64,000 nt of DNA from Candidatus Poseidoniales archaeon (lineage in GTDB: Archaea; Thermoplasmatota; Poseidoniia; Poseidoniales; Poseidoniaceae), in contig QQSC01000016.1 of assembly GCA_003602475.1 (NCBI GenBank), positions 83,675-147,674 of the forward strand, written 5' to 3'. Shown here in pieces: positions 32,972 through 41,100 of this stretch. How positions within the stretch are numbered: position 1 is the first letter of the stretch; every line of letters begins with the position of its first letter. The notes below the pieces were generated by a model, which was not told where the DNA came from, did no database searches, and was given only the letters and a program-made list of their open reading frames with translations. The position numbers and the translations under genes are program-made.

Positions 32972-33478
32972 CTGCTCGTTGACGCCATCCAACCGCTGGT
33001 GAAGGAAGGCCACTTCGCTCTCCAACTTGTCCAGCGCAGCCGACTCGAGATTCCTCTGGACGGACAAACGGATACGCTGCATTTCCATCAACCGTTGGTT
33101 TCGGTCCTTTGGTCGAGCCCCTCGACTTCGAATGCTCAACAACCAATCTTCCAGAAGAGCAGCACCCCACTCGGGCACCCTTAATTCGCTTGACAAATAG
33201 ATGGTTTGCCTTCGATGTGAAAAGCGGGTTTTCGCCTCGGGAGTACGGAGTCCTTGAATCGATCCTGGATTCCACGTTTCAAGAGGGATGTGGAGGTGCT
33301 GTTGGATGTTCAGCATGCCCTTGCTGTCCAGTCTGAAATCTGCGATCAGCACGCTTTGAGAGAGTTTGATGAACACTTGGACAATGTCGTCGTGGGTGGC
33401 CCACTCGGAAACCTTTGCAGGGCGTTCGCTCATGTTTTCTTCGCACCACGCCTCAATGGCCATGTGATGGCTATGCAT
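32960..33478 (-). CDS. hypothetical protein
   Basis: Track ORF 32960..33610. That longest form would overlap the divergent S2P gene at its 5' end, so an internal Met (33478, 33463 or 33433) is more likely. Helical, coiled-coil-like C-terminus. No family recognised. Confidence 0.4.
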   Translation of the reverse strand: MHSHHMAIEAWCEENMSERPAKVSEWATHDDIVQVFIKLSQSVLIADFRLDSKGMLNIQQHLHIPLETWNPGSIQGLRTPEAKTRFSHRRQTIYLSSELRVPEWGAALLEDWLLSIRSRGARPKDRNQRLMEMQRIRLSVQRNLESAALDKLESEVAFLHQRLDGVNEQLAD

Positions 33479-33570
33479 GAAAAGAACACTCGCCCAGTGG
33501 TCATGAAGGTTTGTCACCCGTGGCTTGGAGAACACATCATGTTCAAGTCGGTGCAAAGCCTCGCAACGGT

Positions 33571-35028
33571 ATGGTGGGGACGTGGGGGTCGGTCCAAGCG
33601 GACTGGACATTGGTCATTGCCCTCATCCTCGTCTGGTACGTGCTCATCAAAACTTGGGAGCGAAACGGTACGTTGGACCGATGGAACGCAACACGAGCGC
33701 TTGGCATCGTGTTGATGGTCAGAACCCAACGCGGCCAACGACTCCTTGAACGCCTGGCGAAACCACGGCGCTTCTGGCGGTTTTACGGTGAGCTCTCGCT
33801 CTGGGTGTGTTCTGTTGCGATGCTCATGGTGGGATTGCTCGTTGTTCTGGCCTTCGTCTCATCCATCATGGCACCTCCTACGGTCGACCCACCCTCTGCG
33901 AGCGAGTTGGTGGCGGTGCCTGGTCTCAACCCGGTGATTCCTCTTGGTTGGGGCGCCATGGCCTTCGTGGTGTCGTTGGTGATTCACGAACTGGGGCACG
34001 GCTTGTTGGCTCGAGGACATGGCATGCGAGTCAAGTCGTTCGGTTTGTTGCAACTGGGCCCTTTGCCCCTTGGAGCCTTTGCTGAGCCACAAGGTGAGGA
34101 ATTGATGCGCGCTCCTCGTCGTGAGCGGTTGCGCATGTTTGCAGCAGGGCCTGCAACCAATATTTTCGCAGCGATGGTCATGCTGTTGCTGCTGGGCGGT
34201 GTCGCTGCGCAATTCGTGGCGGTTGACGACAACATCCACGTCCAAGGCATTGTCCTTGGAGGTGGAGCAGACGATGCTGGGATGCAACCCTGGGACACGA
34301 TTCTTTCCATCAATGCCACGCCTATATCCTCGCTCGATGACTTCAGGGTTGTTCTCGAAAATCACCAAGCCAACGAATCCGTTGACATCGTTGTTCGGCA
34401 CCAAGACGGCGAACGAGAAACACTTACCGCCGTTCTGGGGGACAAACACGCATACTATGCAGAACTCGGGTGGAGCGAAGAAATGCTTGAATCGCTCGAA
34501 ATTCAGCCTGGTGATGCCTTCTTGGGTGTTGAACGCCTCTCTGAATCCACTTCGGGTATCGATCGTCTGGCGGGACCTTTGTCCCCTCGTTGGGAAGGCT
34601 CGATTGGCCAACGCGTACTTGCTGCCCCCTTCCACGTGTTGAGCGTGGTCATCATCCCCTTCGAGTTGAACGGCGTCGCCATCCACCCGTTTGAAGAGAC
34701 CCTCTTGGCGGCTGATGAAGGGTTTATGGGCTCGTTGTTTGGCACTTCTGGGTTGCTGTTTATCGCCAATTTCTTGTTTTGGCTGATGTGGGTGAACATT
34801 CTGTTGGGGTTCACCAACCTCATCCCAATGGTGCCCTTCGACGGCGGGCACATGCTCAAGGACATGCTGCACGCTGGTTTGAGCGGCGTGAAACGCTTGG
34901 GGCGTTCAATCAAGTTGTGGGACTTGCACCCCATGACCGTCGATCATATCTCTTCTCGGGCATCCAGCTACTCGTCCTTGCTGCTCCTGGGCATGCTGTT
35001 GTTCACGATGTTCATCCCTTACCTTTGA
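33571..35028 (+). CDS. site-2 protease (peptidase M50) with PDZ domain
   Basis: HELGHGLLARGHGM (HExxH) in a TM segment, an internal PDZ-like segment (GIVLGGGADDAGMQPWDTILSINATPISS), and NLIPMVPFDGGHML (NxxPxxxLDG-type). Confidence 0.85.
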   Translation: MVGTWGSVQADWTLVIALILVWYVLIKTWERNGTLDRWNATRALGIVLMVRTQRGQRLLERLAKPRRFWRFYGELSLWVCSVAMLMVGLLVVLAFVSSIMAPPTVDPPSASELVAVPGLNPVIPLGWGAMAFVVSLVIHELGHGLLARGHGMRVKSFGLLQLGPLPLGAFAEPQGEELMRAPRRERLRMFAAGPATNIFAAMVMLLLLGGVAAQFVAVDDNIHVQGIVLGGGADDAGMQPWDTILSINATPISSLDDFRVVLENHQANESVDIVVRHQDGERETLTAVLGDKHAYYAELGWSEEMLESLEIQPGDAFLGVERLSESTSGIDRLAGPLSPRWEGSIGQRVLAAPFHVLSVVIIPFELNGVAIHPFEETLLAADEGFMGSLFGTSGLLFIANFLFWLMWVNILLGFTNLIPMVPFDGGHMLKDMLHAGLSGVKRLGRSIKLWDLHPMTVDHISSRASSYSSLLLLGMLLFTMFIPYL

Positions 35029-35675
35029 AGCAGGGACGATTCTGAACTCTTTCTGGCCTTGAGTTCGGCCCATACATCAAGTTCTGAATCCTTCACAACC
35101 GGGGACGATGGTTCAGATGGTACCCTGGCCTTCAATGAGTTGACCACCCTGTCATCTGATTTTGGTTTGGAGCACATCAAAGCGATGAATTCGTTCAAGG
35201 GCATGCCTTGATCCCAATCGATGAACAGTGAACCCGTTCGCGTCCGGGGCAACGAGGGTATGCGTTGAGCAAGGGCCTTGAGAACACCGCGAAGGTTGTT
35301 GGTTTCCACGCGGAAGATGCGCCACGAATCACCGCGCACACCTTTCAATCGATAGGCGTACAAAGGCATCAATTCACTCCGTTCTGCCTCACGAATCATG
35401 GCGGCGAGTTGATCCTTGGTTCGCCCAGCAAGGTAGAGTTTCTTCCCCTTCCTTGTTTTGACCTCGATTGGAAACGAACAATCGCCCCTCAAAGCGACCA
35501 AGTCCCCACTGCCTTCCATGCCAGATCCGGCGGCTCGAACCACAAGAAACGGGCGTTGAACGACAGAACGCATTCGTTCACGTTCTTCAGGCGTGCAGGT
35601 TTTGATGACCTTCTCAACACCCCTTGAAACACCAGCGAGCACGTCCCTCAACTCGCGTTCATAGGCCCCCGTCAT
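35019..35675 (-). CDS. hjc: Holliday junction resolvase Hjc-like, with insertion and ~95-aa C-terminal extension
   Basis: GAYERELRDVL...FLVVRAAGSG...GDLVAL...FPIEVKTRKGKKLY...PLYAYRL...WRIF follows the Hjc catalytic pattern (ERE..., R.aGS, D, E.K). Confidence 0.65.
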   Translation of the reverse strand: MTGAYERELRDVLAGVSRGVEKVIKTCTPEERERMRSVVQRPFLVVRAAGSGMEGSGDLVALRGDCSFPIEVKTRKGKKLYLAGRTKDQLAAMIREAERSELMPLYAYRLKGVRGDSWRIFRVETNNLRGVLKALAQRIPSLPRTRTGSLFIDWDQGMPLNEFIALMCSKPKSDDRVVNSLKARVPSEPSSPVVKDSELDVWAELKARKSSESSLLQR

Positions 35676-35794
35676 GGCTTGAACATCGCGTCAATCGTTC
35701 TTCATGACTTCGGTGGGGGCCACGGTTCGGTGCGAGATTCTCGGTGGAATGGAACGAAGCGAACGTTTAGAACGCCGTTAAACAACACCCAATC

Positions 35795-36562
35795 GTGGCG
35801 AGGGTGTTCGTTCGAACTTCCGATTTTCGGATGGCGTACCGACTGCTCCAGGTGCTGGAAAAGAAGGGCGTCTCACCCGTTCTGGTGGATGTAAGCGACC
35901 CTCTTCCCGATCCCGATGGTTGGTGGTTTGGAACCCCTCGAGAGGTGGAAACATTCGCCGGAAACGGTGTTGCTGCTGATGCAGAGTCGGTCAACGATGC
36001 CGTTGAGGAATGGTGGCGACGGTACCGAAAACGACCCACGATTCAGCGGCTCGTGGTGGGCATCGACCCCGGCCCAAGACCCGGCTGTGCTTGGTTGGGG
36101 GACGACGCCATTCTGGGGAAAACATCCCTTGAGTCCATCGAGGCTGCCGTTCATCACGTCCGTTCGTTGAAGTCCCTTCACGGCCCCATCGAGGTGCTCG
36201 TCCGCGTGGGCCATGGTGCTCCTGTTCAGCGAGACCGCTTCATCAACGCCGCTCTTCAACACGGATGGTCGGTGGAAGTGGTGAACGAGCACCGTACAAG
36301 TCAAGGTGGCTCGCGACATGAACACGAGGCTTCTGCGCTAAAAATCGCTCAAAAATCCGGTGACGAAGTTCGAGAATGGCGAACGATTGCCCCGACCGAT
36401 GGTGAAGTCAAGGACTGGCAACGGCGAAGTCGCAGGGCCTCCAAGGGCGCCATCACCATCAGCACGGCCTTGGCCACCGCTGTTTGCATGGGGGCGATGA
36501 CAATGGCCCAAGCGCTGTTGGCGTCGGGTTACTCTTCCTCAGGTGTGGAAACAGCGGATTGA
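35795..36562 (+). CDS. putative RNase-H-fold (RuvC/YqgF-like) protein
   Basis: RLVVGIDPGPRPGCAWLGDD resembles the first catalytic strand of RuvC-like nucleases ('GIDPG..G.a'). GTG start 35795 (alternative ATG 35831). The rest is unrecognised. Confidence 0.4.
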   Translation: MARVFVRTSDFRMAYRLLQVLEKKGVSPVLVDVSDPLPDPDGWWFGTPREVETFAGNGVAADAESVNDAVEEWWRRYRKRPTIQRLVVGIDPGPRPGCAWLGDDAILGKTSLESIEAAVHHVRSLKSLHGPIEVLVRVGHGAPVQRDRFINAALQHGWSVEVVNEHRTSQGGSRHEHEASALKIAQKSGDEVREWRTIAPTDGEVKDWQRRSRRASKGAITISTALATAVCMGAMTMAQALLASGYSSSGVETAD

Positions 36563-37512
36563 AGCCTCATTTCCGGAGCATTGGACAGCCATCGTTTGAA
36601 CACCCACTCCACGCCTTGAGGGAGGATGAGGACGCTTCCGATGAGGAGGCCAAGGAACACAAACGACGAAGAAGGAACATCTTGTGTTCCATAGGAACTT
36701 GGTCCACCAACCATCAACTTCACCGTTCCGAGCCAGGGGATTTCTCCACCCGCCACGCCAACAACCCATGCGTCTCGAACAGGCCCAACCAATCCGCTTG
36801 AACCGTGAACACCGTTTGATCCGTTGGTCGCATCGGACCCTTGGTCAACCGAGCATTGGTTGTTGTCTCCCAGGGTAAGCATGCCTTCGTGAGACGGCAC
36901 CCAATCCCATATCACCAGATACGGCTCGACGTTTCCGTGAGCTGGCCGTTTGCAATCGTAGTACCCGTTGTTGACACCGTCGAACATGACCGTGATGCTG
37001 GTCACGTTGGTGGCGTTGGTGCCGGGAACGTTCCATGTCAGGATGCAAGAGCCGGCCAACCCATCCTCCCCAACGAGCATGTTGTCGTACACTGCCCCAT
37101 CACTGCAGGGTTGGTCGCTGTCCCGGTCGGGCAGTGTTGTGAGGGCGGCTTCCGCTCTCAAGATGGCGCGATGGATGATCGGCGTTCCGTTCTCGCCGTT
37201 CTTCTCGTAAATGATCACGTCACCTTCCAAGCCGTGTTGGCTGTAACCATGGTGCCTTTGCACTTCTGGATTTGTCGCCTCGGCGAACGTCACGATGGTG
37301 CTTGGGTTTTGGTCGTGCACCAGAATCAAATCACCCGCATCAATGCTGCCGACTTCCCCTTCGATTTCGTGGACCATTGAACTTGATTCAACAACGACCA
37401 GAGGTGGCATGGAACCCGTATGGAGGACCATGGCGGAAATTAAGCAAGCAATCATGCCCAGAGCAAGGACAAGTTCCAACACCAACGTCCGAAACGGGTC
37501 GTGGTTGGTCAT
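36529..37512 (-). CDS. signal peptidase I (archaeal/eukaryal S26B type) with large insertion
   Basis: N-terminal TM, then LVVVESSSMVHE (catalytic Ser box) and GDLILV; IIHRAIL (His box). 327 aa, compared with the roughly 180-250 aa I expect for archaeal enzymes. Confidence 0.7.
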   Translation of the reverse strand: MTNHDPFRTLVLELVLALGMIACLISAMVLHTGSMPPLVVVESSSMVHEIEGEVGSIDAGDLILVHDQNPSTIVTFAEATNPEVQRHHGYSQHGLEGDVIIYEKNGENGTPIIHRAILRAEAALTTLPDRDSDQPCSDGAVYDNMLVGEDGLAGSCILTWNVPGTNATNVTSITVMFDGVNNGYYDCKRPAHGNVEPYLVIWDWVPSHEGMLTLGDNNQCSVDQGSDATNGSNGVHGSSGLVGPVRDAWVVGVAGGEIPWLGTVKLMVGGPSSYGTQDVPSSSFVFLGLLIGSVLILPQGVEWVFKRWLSNAPEMRLQSAVSTPEEE

Positions 37513-37527
37513 GATGCTCGCTCCAAC

Positions 37528-37920
37528 TCAGCGTCGGAGGCCCCGTTCTTGAAGGAATGCGTTCCAACGTTCAAGGTGGCCTGCACCCAAGGCTTCGGCG
37601 GATGCGGTGGCGTCAGCTTTTGACCTTCGCAACTCAGCCGTTGATTGAATGGCCATCGTCTCTTCAATGGTCAAGACGTGCCCGCGAAAGCGGAGAAACT
37701 CGGGAAAGGAAAACAACAGTACAAACAACGCCAGAACGGCTCCGACCAGAGCAAGGCCGGTGGTGTCGCCCCATGTGGGACTGTCTTGTAGAAACAGCAA
37801 CTGAATGCCAAACAGCACCAACAACGCGCCGCTGCTGCCAGCGGTCACGGCCGTGATGGCGTATTGTTTTCCGTGTTGTTTGGCCCACAGTCTGCCGAAA
37901 AAGGAAGGTTCGTCTGTCAT
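37528..37920 (-). CDS. small two-TM membrane protein, unknown function
   Basis: Track ORF 37528..38019 trimmed to ATG 37920 (MTDEPSFFGRLWAK). The upstream 33 aa are Arg/Ser-rich and look non-coding. It lies 15 nt upstream of the signal peptidase gene. Confidence 0.5.
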   Translation of the reverse strand: MTDEPSFFGRLWAKQHGKQYAITAVTAGSSGALLVLFGIQLLFLQDSPTWGDTTGLALVGAVLALFVLLFSFPEFLRFRGHVLTIEETMAIQSTAELRRSKADATASAEALGAGHLERWNAFLQERGLRR

Positions 37921-37927
37921 GCACTTG

Positions 37928-38110
37928 TCACGACGTGAGGATTGTTTTCGGCTTCTTGAACCCTCCCCCAATGCGTGCAGCGCATGAGCCGAGATCAAGT
38001 CGGCTCGCAGGGGCGCCAATACAGGCCTCCAAAACGTCGTATAACACCGAGCCCGCGGCCTGAATCAAGTGCTCTTGAGCGGCACGGCCAAGCAAATCAA
38101 AGGATGCCAT
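37928..38110 (-). CDS. possible small ORF (60 aa)
   Basis: MASFDLLGRAAQEHLIQAAGSVLYDVLEACIG... ends 8 nt before ATG 37920. It competes with the longer reading of the downstream gene. No SD seen. Confidence 0.2.
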   Translation of the reverse strand: MASFDLLGRAAQEHLIQAAGSVLYDVLEACIGAPASRLDLGSCAARIGGGFKKPKTILTS

Positions 38111-38166
38111 GCGGGGGACAATTCAAATGGGATGGTGGGCCTGCATAAGAGTGCAGAGTGGTTGAC

Positions 38167-41100
38167 ATGAGGAAAGCAGTTGCACTTGTATTGATTTTCC
38201 TGTTGTCCGTTCTTTCCCCACTCGCCGCGGCCTCAACGACTGAAACCCAATTCAAGGACGGTTCAACGAGCTACACCCACACCTTCACAGGACTGGGCAA
38301 CGGCACTGCAGGTGTCGTTTCCATCCCGTACGGTGCTGAGGTCACCGCTGCCAGTTTCAACCTCCGCGGCGAAGCCAGTTCCACCGCTTACACCAACTTC
38401 ACGACCAACGATCACTTTGGAGGGGTCGGAGACGCCAATTTGAACGGCAACTACGGTGGACCGCCATCCCCCTATCAATACATCACCCGCAACGGAGTGA
38501 ATGTTCAACGCTCGGCCATGGAACTGAAAGGAAATCCGTCGTTGCTGGCCCCAATCTTTGACAACACCAATCAGGTTAGCGACCTTGACGGAGCCCACCA
38601 GAACACCACGGGGGAATTCGTCTCACTCGGCGACCAGGGCTATGTGAGCCCAACCAAGGACTACGCCACCCTTTCTCTGACCGGGGGCTCGTGGAGCTAC
38701 ACTGGCGTTGTGGTGCCGGTCTCGGAAGATCAACTTCACGTCATTCGCATGTCGAGTTCAAGCAGTTCGGCCACGCCCTATTTGCAACGCTACAACGCCA
38801 CCACTGGAGCCTACTTGGGGACCGGTTCGTTTTTGTCAGGCTCCTGCACAGGAAGCAACCTTGGCAACTACATCGTTGACGCAGATGTGTACGATGGCCA
38901 CATTTACTCCGCCCACTACACCTACAGCGGGCGGGTCACGAAGTGGGCTTTGAGCGGGACCAACAACCAAAATTGGCAGTGCCAATCCAACCACCAATAC
39001 CCATCGAACAATTACATCACCGGTGTGGACATTGACGACAACACCGGCAAAATGTATGTGGGTCACTATTCAAGTACGACCACTTCCCACTCACTTCGAG
39101 AGGTTAACCCTGCTTCACCAACCGTGGTGAACTCCACGTGGTTCATGACTTCCACCACCAACTATTGGGAGTACGGCATGGGGCTTTCAGTGAGCCTCCC
39201 CTCCATCATCTACAACGTCTACGCTGCCAATTCGAACGGCAACTGGAAGTCCACGCATCACCATTTCAACATGCAGAACAGCCTTCTTTCAAACCAAGGT
39301 TCCATCCTCATGCCCGGAGGTGGGCATTACGGTCTCGTGGGTGGAGGCGAAGACAACACGGTCATGTACGCTTGCCATTACTCCTCAACGGCCTACTGCA
39401 CTCAGGGGGTCCGTAAGGCGTTCACGTACGGGGACGGCTCGCTGTTTGACCCTCGAACCCCCACCTCAACTACGGCAACGGTGGTCGGCCCCACCACCTC
39501 ACTGGCCAGAGCCATCACCACGGTGGACCTCAGTGCCGTTCTTGGCGCCGTCCCAACCGGGACAAGCATTGATGTGGACATTTCATTGGACGGGGGCAGC
39601 ACTTGGAAGGCCGGCTCGCCCGGTCAGCGACTAAATTTCGCCGCTCCGGGTTCCAGTCTCGTATGGCGGGCCACGTTGAACGGTACATCAACCGAGGCAC
39701 CCGTCTTGGGTGACATCATTCTGTCCTACGTGACAAGTTATTTGTCAAACGGCTACTACAACGCTTATTCCTACAACAGCGGCTCGAACGTCGTTGCCAT
39801 CACCGCAGATTGGGACGAAGATGTCCCGGTCGGCACCTCGGTTCGCGTGATGGTTGGATACTCCACCAGCAACGGTTGTACTTCTGGCTCCACAGGAGTT
39901 CAATCCTTCCTTTCACCCAACACCACACAAAATGTCAACAGCGGAAACTCACGCCCGTGCATTCGCGTTGAACTCAGCACGTCGAACACTGGATTGACGC
40001 CGATGGTGAGCAACTTGAGCATCGCCTTCCACTCCAACGCTCCAAGTGAGCCCGGCATCAACATCGACAAGCGTTCGGCCTTCCGCTGGCCGGCCAACAA
40101 CGGGGCGCTCGTGGGACCCTTGGCCGTGCGCTCAACACAACCTGGCAACACACTGGTGGACAAACTGAACGATGCCATTCCCGACACCGGCTCCGGCATC
40201 AAGGATGTTCAAATCGATCTGGTAGCCGCCAGTTCGGGCGTTCTCGTTCTCGAGTCGTTTGAAATAACGTACACCATGCAAACCGTCAATCTTGACATGA
40301 CCATTCCAGAGGGTGAAGTGCTGCACGAACGGGTTGAGCCCTACGAAGTGGTTACTCGGCACGTCATCGGGGAAACGGCAACCTCAATCGCCAGTGCAGA
40401 GTTGACCTTGATGACCAACTCGCTGGCAAACAACCCGATTTTGACTTGGCAATTCGGCGATATTTTCCCCGCTCCCAACGACCCAGGACAATACATTCAG
40501 ATGGATCCATCCTCCTACTCCACACAAAACAACGGCATTTTGGAGATTCATTGGAAATTCTTTGTGACCAGCGATTTCCCCGATCAAGACAACGTTCGCT
40601 TCAAGGTCAGCTGCCAAGACGACAGCGGCGCTTCCGGGTTTTCCCCTCTGCCGTTGACTTCTCAAGAAGGCCTCAGTGTCAACCGCTCCTTTGGTTTGGG
40701 CTGGCTCAACGTTCGTGACAACGACGGCGAGATGACCTCCCAAGACGTGCCGGACCACTCCTGGGTTGCAGCAGGTGAACGGCTTCATTTCGTTGGCGCC
40801 ATGTGGTTCATGGACACAGAAGACGCTCCCAAGGACAGTGCATTCGACGTGCGGATTTCTCGAAACGGGTACGTGGAGAGCACGGCCAGAGACGTCACCA
40901 ACAACAACGGGACCTTCTTCATCTCGATCGATCTTCCAAACATCGACGTGCCGGACGGGATGACCTACGAGGTCCAAACGTACAACGAACGAAGTCCTGA
41001 ACATGTTCAGCAACCCAACGCCGAATGGCGCCGGACCTACAAGGTGGACGCCACTGCCCCAGAGCGGATGGCTGTTCACCCGCAAAACGAGGATTACGAA

